Source: Caldisericia bacterium (lineage in GTDB: Bacteria > Caldisericota > Caldisericia > UBA6126). From it: a stretch of DNA of 64,000 nucleotides. Below, one piece after another: positions 8,605-18,087 of this stretch; positions within the stretch are counted from its first letter, which is position 1; every line of letters starts with the position of its first letter. A model generated the notes under the pieces. The model did not search any database and was not told the origin of the DNA. It saw only the letters and a list, made by a program, of their open reading frames with translations. Position numbers and translations under genes: made by a program. The DNA lies in NCBI GenBank assembly GCA_023146045.1, contig JAGLCW010000105.1, forward strand, positions 6,506 through 70,505. The letters are read 5' to 3'.

Positions 8605-10251
8605 ATGGGTAGACAACAGAAAATTAAGAAACTTCGTAAAGAAGGCATTCTAAAGTCAACAAAAGTTGATAAAAAGAGAAATTCAGAGATTCGAAAAATG
8701 TTTATCTGGATTCCGTCCATTATTATCGTCATAGTACTAATATTTGGAATTTGGGCATATTCTGCTAAAGATACTAATGCTACGGTAAATGGCGTAAAAA
8801 TTACCAGTGCAGAAGTTACAGAAATGCTTTTGCCTGTTAAAGACAACATGAGGCAACAAGGATTAGATCCAGATGATCCAGAACAAGCTCCTAACTTAGA
8901 AAAATACAAAAGCAGTATCATTGAAATGTTGATTGATAAAGCTCTTGTTGAAGAATTTGCTAAAGATAACAATATTACAATTTCAGAAGATATTTTAAAT
9001 GAACGCGTCGATGCTGAAATTGCTAGTATTCTATCTCAATACGAAACACAAGAAGCATTTGAAAAACAACTTGCACAATCTGCTATAAGGAACGAAGCAA
9101 ATTTGAGAAAAGAGATAGTCAAATCTCTTCAGCCATCACTTCTAGAAGATGAGGTGTTGAAAGAAAAATTTGGTAGTATTGAGATCTCTGAAGAAGATGC
9201 CAGAATTTTCTTTAACAGTCCTTTTGCTATTGAAGCCCAAAGGGTTTTTATTGCTACAGATGACACAATGGATGAAGCAACACTCCAAGAAAAAGAAAAT
9301 ACAATAAATGAACTCCGTGCAAAAATAGCAAATAACGAGATGTCTTTTGAAAAAGCTGTGGCAGAGTACTCAGAAGACAATGCAAGTAAAGTTAATGCAG
9401 GAAAAATTTCTCTTCAAGAAGGTAGTCTTGTTGAAGAACCAGAAATTTGGGAATCTGTAGTTAAATTAAATAATGATGATCTTTCTTCTACAGTAAAGAC
9501 AAAAAAAGGATACAGTATTGTTAAAATCAACAATATTGTTAGGAATAAAGAAAGATACAACAAACCTGAATCTGCTAAAATACTAAAAATTGGTTTACAA
9601 GCTCAAGAAGGAGCTACAGCAGAAGAGAAAAACAAAGTATTGGTGAATGCAACTGGTTATGTAAATACAATACGTGAAGGTAAAGAAACATTTGAGAACA
9701 TTGCTACAACTTATTCTTTAATTCCAGACCAAGGTATAGCACCAGCAGAAGTGTACCCTGGATCAAATCCAGATACAGACGAAATTGTTTTCCAAACATT
9801 AAGCGTTGGAGATGTTTCAGATCCAATTTCGTTGAATAATGGATCAATTGAAATTATTAAATTAGTTGAAAAAAACCCAGAAGTTATTGCTGAATTTAGT
9901 TTACTAAAAGACACCGTTGCTAAAACAATGGAAGACCAAGAAAAAGCTCGTGTTAGGGAAGTTTTCTTAACAGAGATTAGAGATAATGCAAAAATATCTC
10001 ACTCTAATCCATGGCAACGTTTAAACTCTTGGTGGGATCAAACATTTGGCGGTTTCTTCGAAAGCTTTAAAAATTGGATTAGACAGTATACCGTTGATCC
10101 GTTACCAGAATCTAAAACACCAGATAGTACTGGACAAGATGGTAATTTTACTATTCCTGTTGGAGATACCGGTGAAACTATCACAATAGATCCTGAACAA
10201 ATGGAATCAATGAATTTTCCTGTAGAAACCGAACAAACACAAGCTCCATAA
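8605..10251 (+). CDS. Membrane-anchored PpiD/SurA-like periplasmic chaperone (SurA N-domain type)
   Basis: Strong RBS (GGAGGA). N-terminal TM anchor (FIWIPSIIIVIVLIFGIWAY). The SurA-N-like segment ...NNITISEDILNERVDAEI... is present. 548 aa. Confidence 0.5.
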   Translation: MGRQQKIKKLRKEGILKSTKVDKKRNSEIRKMFIWIPSIIIVIVLIFGIWAYSAKDTNATVNGVKITSAEVTEMLLPVKDNMRQQGLDPDDPEQAPNLEKYKSSIIEMLIDKALVEEFAKDNNITISEDILNERVDAEIASILSQYETQEAFEKQLAQSAIRNEANLRKEIVKSLQPSLLEDEVLKEKFGSIEISEEDARIFFNSPFAIEAQRVFIATDDTMDEATLQEKENTINELRAKIANNEMSFEKAVAEYSEDNASKVNAGKISLQEGSLVEEPEIWESVVKLNNDDLSSTVKTKKGYSIVKINNIVRNKERYNKPESAKILKIGLQAQEGATAEEKNKVLVNATGYVNTIREGKETFENIATTYSLIPDQGIAPAEVYPGSNPDTDEIVFQTLSVGDVSDPISLNNGSIEIIKLVEKNPEVIAEFSLLKDTVAKTMEDQEKARVREVFLTEIRDNAKISHSNPWQRLNSWWDQTFGGFFESFKNWIRQYTVDPLPESKTPDSTGQDGNFTIPVGDTGETITIDPEQMESMNFPVETEQTQAP

Positions 10252-10261
10252 GGAGAATATT

Positions 10262-11344
10262 ATGAAAAAAGAAAATCTGATTCGAAATCAAAAGAAATCA
10301 TTAGAAGGTAAGACTAAAAAAAGCAGAATTAATTGGAAATTGCTTTGGATAATCATTCCTGTAATAGTTATATGTTTTCTTTTTACATGGTTTTATCAAA
10401 GCAAAAATATTGTTATGAGCGTTGGTCCGTTGAATATTACAAGAGTAGAACTTGAAATTGAAAAACAAAGACTAAGCCCTCCAGATTACCAAACAAAATT
10501 AAAAAGTCTTGATGAAGAAGATAAAATTACTACTGAAGAAAGACTTGGAGCAAAAGCTCTCGAAAATTTAATTAAGCTTAAATGTATATACCTGTATGCT
10601 CAAGAAAACAATATTACTGCCTCTAGAGAAGAAGTAGATGCTAAAATTGAAGAGTATTCAAAAAGCTATGCACAATCTCAAAATATAGATAGCGTAGACA
10701 TTAAAGCAACACTTGCAGATTATGGAGTATCTTGGCGTACATTTTGGGAAGATATGAAATATCAGACCATATACGATAAAGTAGTAGCGCCAATTAAAGA
10801 AAATGCAAAAGCTACAGATGAAGAGCTAAGAGAACACTACAACGAATTTGCAGAATATTACGATGAACCTGCGAAAGCTCATGTATACATGATAGTTGTT
10901 GAAGAAGAAGCAGAAGCAACATCTGTTATGGATCAACTCATTAAAGAGAATGCTGATTTCGCAAAATTAGCTCAAGAAAAATCAATTAGCCCAACAGTTA
11001 TGTCTGACAAGGGTGATAATGGATGGATTGTTGAGAGTGAAATGTATGAAGAATTGGGCAAAAACATTTTCCACCCAGACTTAGCTATGAAATCCTATTA
11101 CATGATTAAGGCTAGAGATGGATACTACATATTTAGGGTTGATGAAAGATCTGAAGAGAAAAAGAATACATTTGAAGATGTATATGAATCAATTGAACAA
11201 GATGTTTTATACCAAAAGCAAGATCAAACTGTTAATGGTTTCATGACAAGATTGTCTGATCAGTATGAATCTCAAATGATTGTTGGCAATAAATGGACTC
11301 GCTTTTTAAAATGGTGGGATCATGTAAGAGGTGTTACAAAATGA
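10262..11344 (+). CDS. Second membrane-anchored PpiD/SurA-like protein with parvulin-like segment (paralog of 8605..10251)
   Basis: AAGGAGA RBS. TM anchor LLWIIIPVIVICFLFTWFY. NNITASREEVDAKIEEY resembles the upstream paralog. The AHVYMIVVEEEAEA...DKGDNGWIV stretch is parvulin-like. Confidence 0.5.
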   Translation: MKKENLIRNQKKSLEGKTKKSRINWKLLWIIIPVIVICFLFTWFYQSKNIVMSVGPLNITRVELEIEKQRLSPPDYQTKLKSLDEEDKITTEERLGAKALENLIKLKCIYLYAQENNITASREEVDAKIEEYSKSYAQSQNIDSVDIKATLADYGVSWRTFWEDMKYQTIYDKVVAPIKENAKATDEELREHYNEFAEYYDEPAKAHVYMIVVEEEAEATSVMDQLIKENADFAKLAQEKSISPTVMSDKGDNGWIVESEMYEELGKNIFHPDLAMKSYYMIKARDGYYIFRVDERSEEKKNTFEDVYESIEQDVLYQKQDQTVNGFMTRLSDQYESQMIVGNKWTRFLKWWDHVRGVTK

Positions 11345-11904
11345 TCGAAAAAATAGAAGAAAAAGCAAATATTGAAGTTGCAGAAGCAGAACAAGAACAA
11401 ATAGAAGAAGAAAAACAGCCAAAAGTTTCCAAAATATGGTTCAAAAAAATTCTTTTATGGGTTAGAAATATTGTTTTAGGATTACTTATTTTGTTTGTTA
11501 TTTCTTTCACATTGTATTTAATTATTCCAACACCAACAAAAACAGTTAGAAGTTTTTTCTATTCTTTGATGAATGAGAATTATCCAAAAGCATACTCATG
11601 TATTGCAAAAGGGTATAAAGACGCTAGAGGAGATTTGGGAAAATTTACATTTGACTACGATAATGCTGTTAGATCAGGGACAAGAACAAGAAAAATTGTA
11701 GTAACAGAAGTAAAAGATACAGATGTAAAAAATCAGAAAATCGTATTAGTAGATGTCGAGGTTTTATATCAAGGTTCTGTTGTAAATAGCAAAGGTGCTT
11801 ATCTCTGTGAGAAAATTCCTAGCGAAGGGTGGAAAATTGTTGGAAATGTGACAAGCAAATTCAACAAAGGTCAACCTCAAAAACTCATACCTCAAAAGCC
11901 ATAA
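11341..11904 (+). CDS. Membrane-anchored NTF2-like/DUF4878-like small protein
   Basis: The ATG at 11341 overlaps the upstream stop (ATGA). The track ORF starts further upstream, but that start lies inside the previous gene. TM anchor followed by PTPTKTVRSFFYSLMNENYPKAYS... Paralogous to the next gene. Confidence 0.5.
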   Translation: MIEKIEEKANIEVAEAEQEQIEEEKQPKVSKIWFKKILLWVRNIVLGLLILFVISFTLYLIIPTPTKTVRSFFYSLMNENYPKAYSCIAKGYKDARGDLGKFTFDYDNAVRSGTRTRKIVVTEVKDTDVKNQKIVLVDVEVLYQGSVVNSKGAYLCEKIPSEGWKIVGNVTSKFNKGQPQKLIPQKP

Positions 11905-11913
11905 GGAGATATT

Positions 11914-12342
11914 ATGAACACAAAAATTGATTTCAAGGCAAAGCCAATATTGATGATCGTTCTTGCAATTGTCTTGGTAGCTTTGTTAGGATGGTGGGCT
12001 TACAGTATTTATGTTCCATCACCATCAAATACAGTAAAAAGTTATTTCGAACACATTTCAAATGAACAATATTCAGAGGCGTACGATCTTTTAGACGGAA
12101 GTTATAAGAAAATGAAAGTTGATTTAGATACTTTTACTGCTGCATTCGATAATGCCAGGCAGCATGGAACAATATATAAAAGTGTCATTATAAACAATGT
12201 TTCAGATTCAAACAGAAAAAGCCAGAAGGTTGTTGCCTTTACTCTTGTTACAAGAGAAAAGGGTAGAGAAACAAGCCCACAAGGGCAGTATGTTTTAACT
12301 AAAATTGATGGAAAATGGAAGATCACTGATAGTTTAAATTAA
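11914..12342 (+). CDS. Membrane-anchored NTF2-like small protein (paralog of 11341..11904)
   Basis: AAGGAGAT RBS. PSPSNTVKSYFEHISNEQYSEAYDLL...FDNARQHGT aligns with the upstream paralog. Confidence 0.5.
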   Translation: MNTKIDFKAKPILMIVLAIVLVALLGWWAYSIYVPSPSNTVKSYFEHISNEQYSEAYDLLDGSYKKMKVDLDTFTAAFDNARQHGTIYKSVIINNVSDSNRKSQKVVAFTLVTREKGRETSPQGQYVLTKIDGKWKITDSLN

Positions 12343-12372
12343 TACAGATATATTCTTTAAATGATTTAAAAT

Positions 12373-12406
12373 GCGGGAGAAAGTTTTTTTTCTTCCGCAT
12401 TTTTTT
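12373..12406 (+). terminator. Rho-independent terminator
   Basis: gcgggagaaag-tttttttt-cttccgc hairpin followed by a T-run, immediately after the stop at 12342. Confidence 0.5.
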
Positions 12407-12438
12407 ATATACTAATGGAAAATTACTTAAATTAGGAA

Positions 12439-13434
12439 ATGTGGATGAAAAAGAAAATTGTATTAATTATTGTTTGTGTTGTTGCTTTTTTGTTAGTTTT
12501 TGGAGTTTGGTTTGTGTATTCTACAGGAATAAGCATCGAAGGCAAAATTCAAGATTCTATAACCATGAAACCAATTGAAGGTGCTCAGATAAGATTAGGC
12601 AATAGTATATTAGAGTCTGATGAAAATGGCGCTTTCATTGCATATACCTCAATATTACCTAAAAGTTCTTTAATTATTGAGAAAAAAGGGTATAAACCGT
12701 TTGAAAAAAAGTTAAGCTTTTCAGGAATAATTGATACAAAAAAATACGAGATTGTTCTAGAACCTCTGTCTTTTGTGAACATTCTAAATAACACACAAGC
12801 CAATCTTTCATCATACGCATCTTATTCTTTTAAATCTGCTTGGAAACAGCAAATAGATACTCCTCAACAGACAATAACATACATGAAGTATCTTCTAAGT
12901 TCAGATGGAGTTGTTTATTTTAAAATACTAACTGATGACAAAAAAGGCGATGCCTTATCTTCTAAAGAAATTATTACTACAGGCGAAAAAATATATTATA
13001 AAACACTGAAGGATGAAAACTGGACTTCATTTGATGCATCTCAAATTAGAGGAAGCGAAATGCAAGAACCAGAGGACATAATGTTTTTATTTCTTGGAGA
13101 TGGTGAGCCTGGAGAATTTAGAGAAGAAGAAATGGAAACTTGGTATCTTAAAGATGATGGAACAATAGTTAAAAAACCAAAAGATGTAGAAGGCTTTGTC
13201 CCATTTACAGTATTGGTTTATAAAGCTTTGTGGGAAAAGGGAAAAATAGAACAAGAAGTTGTTCTTTATCTTGATGAAAAATACCATGTAATAGCTGGAG
13301 AGCTAGAGATTATTGCTCCTCAAGGATTAAATACAGAAGAACCAGGAAAAATGAACAAACAATCAATTGAGTTTACGATAACAAATATCAATAAACCAGT
13401 TGGAATTGCAATTCCAGAAATAGATGAAATTTAG
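12439..13434 (+). CDS. Secreted hypothetical protein with N-terminal carboxypeptidase-regulatory-like beta-sandwich
   Basis: Signal/TM anchor, then IEGKIQDSITMKPIEGAQIRLGNSILESDENGAFIA (CarbopepD_reg-like pattern). Nothing recognisable downstream. Confidence 0.4.
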   Translation: MWMKKKIVLIIVCVVAFLLVFGVWFVYSTGISIEGKIQDSITMKPIEGAQIRLGNSILESDENGAFIAYTSILPKSSLIIEKKGYKPFEKKLSFSGIIDTKKYEIVLEPLSFVNILNNTQANLSSYASYSFKSAWKQQIDTPQQTITYMKYLLSSDGVVYFKILTDDKKGDALSSKEIITTGEKIYYKTLKDENWTSFDASQIRGSEMQEPEDIMFLFLGDGEPGEFREEEMETWYLKDDGTIVKKPKDVEGFVPFTVLVYKALWEKGKIEQEVVLYLDEKYHVIAGELEIIAPQGLNTEEPGKMNKQSIEFTITNINKPVGIAIPEIDEI

Positions 13435-13436
13435 AT

Positions 13437-14111
13437 TTACCGATAAACTTCTTTCGGAGAAATTTTAAATTGTTCAATTAACAAAAAATTGATGTTTTTT
13501 AATCCTTCCATTAATGCACTTGCGATGTCTTCCCTGTTCTTATACCATTTGGTTGGATTAGAAACATCGTATCTAGAAGCTACTGTATTTATTTTGACTG
13601 GTAGTTTGTATTTAGAAAAAACCTTTTCAAATATCCTGTCACTTCTCCCTGAATGGAATTTTGAAGTAACAACTAGGATTTGTTTAGGTAAAGGAACTCC
13701 AGCATCGTTTTGAGATATAAAGTGTTCTGCGAGAGTGATCGCTTCATCTTGAGTACTTAGAGTTTTTCCAGGAAGAATTGAAATATTTTCTATTGGAATA
13801 TTTAACTGTAAAAGTGCACTTTTAACTAAATCTGAGTCAGTTGGAATTACTATTCCTTGTTCAATCAATGGTTTGTAAAGATCAATATTCTCATGGATGA
13901 ATATTATCTCCTCTGAAAAATTCTTATTGTACAATGTTGCAGTTTCTAATGATCTTTCTGGAACGCTTCCTAATAGCTGAACAATATAATCTGCTTTAAC
14001 TGGTATTTCTGTTGAAAGATACAACCATTTTGGAAAAAGTAGAGGCACAAGAATGAGCACTAATAGTGATACAATAGAAAAAAATCCGCAGAAACTAAGA
14101 AAGTTCTTCAT
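13437..14111 (-). CDS. DUF218 (YdcF/ElyC/SanA-like) domain protein
   Basis: N-terminal TM anchor. Pattern ADYIVQLLGS...TTQDEAITLAEHF...VVTSKFHSGRS is typical of DUF218. Confidence 0.55.
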   Translation of the reverse strand: MKNFLSFCGFFSIVSLLVLILVPLLFPKWLYLSTEIPVKADYIVQLLGSVPERSLETATLYNKNFSEEIIFIHENIDLYKPLIEQGIVIPTDSDLVKSALLQLNIPIENISILPGKTLSTQDEAITLAEHFISQNDAGVPLPKQILVVTSKFHSGRSDRIFEKVFSKYKLPVKINTVASRYDVSNPTKWYKNREDIASALMEGLKNINFLLIEQFKISPKEVYR

Positions 14112-14547
14112 TTTTTATTGTGCATGAGTTTTTATTTATAGAAATTAACATACCTGTTTTTGTATTACTAAAAAAATCAGACTCAATCTCTGCTAAAAAT
14201 GGTACTTGAGCTAGGATTGCCCCTTCCACGAGATTATAGTCTGCAGGTTCTAATGTTATTATTGCCAAAGGTCCTATCCCTTTTTTTACCATTGAAGATA
14301 GAATTACACATCCGCTAGAAGAACCTTTTGATGAACAAAATGCAAGTATTTTATTTTTCATTGGTATTCCAAAATTTGTGTTATCCGGATTTATTATCTC
14401 GGATGTTTTTATGTCTACGTCACCAAGGAAGGAGAAACTTTCTTGGCAAACAATGACTTGTGCAGTAATTATTGACTTATCATCGGAAGAAAATTGAGAA
14501 TTATTTACTCCATCAACGATGCGTTTTCCATAAAAAGTTTTTTTCAT
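14095..14547 (-). CDS. Aconitase X swivel-domain (small) subunit, DUF126
   Basis: 150 aa. Typical AcnX small-subunit pattern (GxA..Q...FLGDVD...G......K.IL.F...KGSSSGCVILSSMVKKGIGP.AII). It overlaps the start of the downstream gene and lies next to the large subunit. Confidence 0.6.
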   Translation of the reverse strand: MKKTFYGKRIVDGVNNSQFSSDDKSIITAQVIVCQESFSFLGDVDIKTSEIINPDNTNFGIPMKNKILAFCSSKGSSSGCVILSSMVKKGIGPLAIITLEPADYNLVEGAILAQVPFLAEIESDFFSNTKTGMLISINKNSCTIKNEELS

Positions 14548-14564
14548 CTATTAATCCTTTAATT

Positions 14565-15833
14565 TCATTGCAATGTACCGCTTATAGCCGAATAAATGCA
14601 TTTGTCGGTACTTGCTATGGCAGTTTGTACACCAAGTAACTCTCTCGAGTACCTAAGCATTTTAACGCTATTGGAAACCATTCTTGGAAAACACGGATAG
14701 CTAATATTGTAAGTTTCACATATAGTTTTTCTCATGTGAGATTCCACTGGGCATGTATCTGCAATAACTTTAGCTCCAGCTTTTTCTATGATGGAAATAT
14801 ACCCAGAGTATTTTGCTTGCATTCTTGTCATTCTATTTGTGCAAATCCAGAGCATTGTGTTCGCGGCAATTCTTTTACCTTGAAGTTTTTCTGAGTAATA
14901 CCTAATATCTTCCAAGTTAGCATGGGGGCATCCAAGAACAACTATATCTACTTTAGAATGTTTTTCTATCATATTAAAATCTAGATAAGCTTCTTCAATA
15001 TCTTTTATGCCTATTTCATGGAATGAATCAAGATTTCTGTAATCTTTGGCTTTACCATGGTTCATTGATTGAATTTCAGGTGTTACTCCAGCTATATGAA
15101 ACAATGTAACTGACCCTGAAGTTGCCATGGCGGCTCCAAAAGTTATTGCTTGAGAGGTTGTTGGCGGAGAGTTAATACCAAAAATTAGTGGTACCTTTCC
15201 ACCAGCTGTTTTACCAATAATGTATCCCAAAATTGACCACTGGTCCATTGTTTGTAGCATACTCATTGGAATATTTATGTCATAATAGCAGTTTGGCTCT
15301 CTGTTTTCATCGAGCATGTACCCCATGGCAGGATATTTGCCTGTAATTGAAGAATAGCGGGTAAATAGACCACCTCTGTTAGTTCTTGCGCCTAATATGC
15401 TGTTAAAATATATAATAGCGCTACTTTCTACTGAAACAATATGTGATCCGAATAATGGTACAAAACCAATTTGTTGAGGAGTGCATGTAAATGTTTCTAA
15501 AATACCCATTTTTCTAAATGCTGTTTCAGTTTTTCTTTGTTTTGTGACAAGATCTATTGGACAGTCTGTTATACTAGGATATTCAAGGTCACAGCAGAGT
15601 GTAGAGCTAGTTGTTGGAACGGCAACCTTGATGTTGCTATTAGAATACTTCTCAACGTCTTCGCAAAACCCATCATATATTCCCATTTCAGCAGGATAAT
15701 GACAGTATGATACATTTAATAGGTTTTCTGCTCCAAAAGCATCCCCAAATTGCACAAGATAGTCTAATGCTTGTGCTTTAATTAATCCTTCTTTTCCATC
15801 GAGTATTCTTTTTTCTTGATCTGTTAATTTCAT
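14565..15833 (-). CDS. Aconitase X catalytic (large) subunit, DUF521. Putative mevalonate-5-phosphate dehydratase or cis-3-hydroxy-L-proline dehydratase family.
   Basis: 422 aa. The N-terminus (MKLTDQEKRILDGKEGLIKAQALDYLVQFGDAFGAE.L..VS) has the characteristic AcnX large-subunit signature. Cys-rich Fe-S ligand regions are present. Confidence 0.65.
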   Translation of the reverse strand: MKLTDQEKRILDGKEGLIKAQALDYLVQFGDAFGAENLLNVSYCHYPAEMGIYDGFCEDVEKYSNSNIKVAVPTTSSTLCCDLEYPSITDCPIDLVTKQRKTETAFRKMGILETFTCTPQQIGFVPLFGSHIVSVESSAIIYFNSILGARTNRGGLFTRYSSITGKYPAMGYMLDENREPNCYYDINIPMSMLQTMDQWSILGYIIGKTAGGKVPLIFGINSPPTTSQAITFGAAMATSGSVTLFHIAGVTPEIQSMNHGKAKDYRNLDSFHEIGIKDIEEAYLDFNMIEKHSKVDIVVLGCPHANLEDIRYYSEKLQGKRIAANTMLWICTNRMTRMQAKYSGYISIIEKAGAKVIADTCPVESHMRKTICETYNISYPCFPRMVSNSVKMLRYSRELLGVQTAIASTDKCIYSAISGTLQ

Positions 15834-15834
15834 T

Positions 15835-17547
15835 TTAATTTTCTAACGATGATTCAGGGATAATTTCTACTGAAAGATAACTCTCTTTTCCTGGCTCGTG
15901 AAAAATTGTTTGAGTTGCAATTTCAGACTCAACTGCATCTGCTTGAAATTCTTTTGTGTTTGTGTGTGGATAGAATTTCGGACAAGCTGACGAGCTTATC
16001 TCTAACCTAATTCTATGACCTTTTTTAAATTTTATACCTGTAGCCCACATGTCAACAACTAAATCGTATATTTCGTCAGGATTTAACCATTCTGGTTTTT
16101 CAAGAGAATTTCTAAATTCAGCTCTTTTAACTCCATCACATATCTGTATTGCTTTACCGTTTGGATGAACATCGACAAGTTTACCAGTAAAATCTGTTCC
16201 TGGAGCTGTTGACTTTATATTTAGGTGTAGAAAAACTCTACCACAAATAGTTATATCTGAAAGCAATTCATTTGTGGAATAAACCAGAACATCTTGCCTG
16301 CTTTCTATAGATTGTTGATCACATGCTTCACCAAGCTGTAGGCTTACGGGGTCAGTAACATATGGAACTGGATTCTTAGGATCATATTTATATGAATCTT
16401 TACCACCTATTTGAGTTGGTGGAGAATATGTAAGTGTGCCATCTCCTGACACAGAATTTGCACCCATAGAACTATTAATATACAGTTTTGTTTTTTTTGC
16501 TTCTGGAATTGGCCAATCATTGAATGTGTACCATTTATTTTCTCCCATTATGAAAATGTTACATCGTTTGTTGGAATTAAGAAATTTAGAATTAGATTCT
16601 AAAGTTTCATTAGCAAGATGTTTGGCAAAAAAAGTAAGTAGTTGTGTATTTAAATCAATAAGAGAACTTGGACCAAAATCTACTTCACCACAACTTGTAC
16701 TTTGATTTAACTTGTGAGGCCATGGACCAATAAGGAGTTTTTGAGAGTCTTTAGCTGTATCTGTTTTGGCATTTTTTCTCATACCAGGAAAGTTTTTGTA
16801 TGTAGAAATACCATCATCGTCGTACCATCCGCAAATATGGAAAATAGGAATATCACATTTATTCCATTTGTCCATGTAGCAAACTTTTTTCCACCAAGCA
16901 TCTTTTGTGGCATGATTCATCCAGTTGCTCCATGTTGTGTCATTTTCCATTCCGACTTCTTTGCTCATTTTTCTTAGTGGTCTGAAGTTATATAGTCGTG
17001 GCCAATCAATAAAGGAAATATTTTGGTTAGTTTTACCATAAACCATAAGACCCCAAACTATCATATTCCAGAAAAATGTTCCATCCTGATAAGGAACATT
17101 TATTACTGGATCTGGTAGTGGGACTAGTGGTGCGATTGCTTTTAATGATGGGTGCGAATCTGGAGCCTCTATCCAAGTTGTGTAGCCCTCGTAGCTTCCA
17201 CCTGTCATGCCAACGTTTCCATTACAAAATGATTGTTTGCTTATCCAATCTATTGTGTCCCACCCGTCTTCTCTTTCTGTCCTGAATGGTTCCCAAGTTC
17301 CATCACTATCAAATCTTCCTCGGCAATCTTGAAATACAAAGCCAACTCCACGTTCTGCCATCCATTTTTTCATTGCCAACCTTCTAGGATCATTATTACC
17401 ATAAGGAGTTCTAGTTAACACAATTGGAAAAGGACCTATTGCTTTTGGCAAAAAGATGTCGGTTGAGAGCGATACCCCGTCTCGCATTTTTACTTTTACG
17501 TCTATAATCTGCACTAGGTCATACTTTGGCAATAAACTAGTAATCAT
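15835..17547 (-). CDS. CocE/NonD-family alpha/beta hydrolase (Xaa-Pro dipeptidyl-peptidase-like)
   Basis: 570 aa. ...GMTGGSYEGYTTW... is a nucleophile-elbow-like GxSxxG. The N-terminus (DGVSLSTDIFLPK...PVVLTRTPYGNN) and C-terminal beta-sandwich match the CocE/NonD (X-Pro dipeptidyl-peptidase) family. Confidence 0.65.
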   Translation of the reverse strand: MITSLLPKYDLVQIIDVKVKMRDGVSLSTDIFLPKAIGPFPIVLTRTPYGNNDPRRLAMKKWMAERGVGFVFQDCRGRFDSDGTWEPFRTEREDGWDTIDWISKQSFCNGNVGMTGGSYEGYTTWIEAPDSHPSLKAIAPLVPLPDPVINVPYQDGTFFWNMIVWGLMVYGKTNQNISFIDWPRLYNFRPLRKMSKEVGMENDTTWSNWMNHATKDAWWKKVCYMDKWNKCDIPIFHICGWYDDDGISTYKNFPGMRKNAKTDTAKDSQKLLIGPWPHKLNQSTSCGEVDFGPSSLIDLNTQLLTFFAKHLANETLESNSKFLNSNKRCNIFIMGENKWYTFNDWPIPEAKKTKLYINSSMGANSVSGDGTLTYSPPTQIGGKDSYKYDPKNPVPYVTDPVSLQLGEACDQQSIESRQDVLVYSTNELLSDITICGRVFLHLNIKSTAPGTDFTGKLVDVHPNGKAIQICDGVKRAEFRNSLEKPEWLNPDEIYDLVVDMWATGIKFKKGHRIRLEISSSACPKFYPHTNTKEFQADAVESEIATQTIFHEPGKESYLSVEIIPESSLEN

Positions 17548-17683
17548 ATCAACCTTCTTTCGATAACTATTAGCTTTATGATACCACGATGAATTACTAA
17601 AAAAAGTAGGAATTAGTATAACATTTGCATTTCAAGTGTTTTTGTTTATAACAAAATTAGAGAAATTCCAATAGGAGGCAATT

Positions 17684-18040
17684 ATGGGCGTAAAAATTTG
17701 TAAAACAGACGAAGAAATTGCAAATGCATTAATGCAAATTGGTGATACACCGTCATCAGAGGAACTTGATAGGGTGGTTGAGTTTTGTAAAGATCTGTTC
17801 GATAACCCAGCAGTTGTAACTTTGGCAAATTATATGGATGCCGTATACGCGTTGGTTGAGCAGGAATGTGGCGAATGGTCTGAATATATTGATTTTCAGA
17901 GATATTTGAAAGATTTAGTTCAAAATGAAGAAAATATGTTCAATATTGCTAAAACCGATGGAGGATATTGTATTGCTTACGAGAATATCCCAGAAGACGA
18001 TGATGACGATAGTATGGAAATGGAGCCTTTAGAACTCTAA
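17684..18040 (+). CDS. Small acidic hypothetical protein
   Basis: AGGAGG RBS. 118 aa ending ...PEDDDDDSMEMEPLEL. No known motif. Confidence 0.4.
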   Translation: MGVKICKTDEEIANALMQIGDTPSSEELDRVVEFCKDLFDNPAVVTLANYMDAVYALVEQECGEWSEYIDFQRYLKDLVQNEENMFNIAKTDGGYCIAYENIPEDDDDDSMEMEPLEL

Positions 18041-18087
18041 AAAGACCAACAGGGATTGGTTTTCTCCCTGTTAGCTAAATATATTCT

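Noticed and set aside
11293-11340. Upstream start of the first NTF2-like gene (MDSLFKMVGSCKRCYK...).
   Set aside because: It lies inside the C-terminus of the preceding PpiD-like gene. The ATG at 11341 overlaps the upstream stop in the usual ATGA coupling arrangement.
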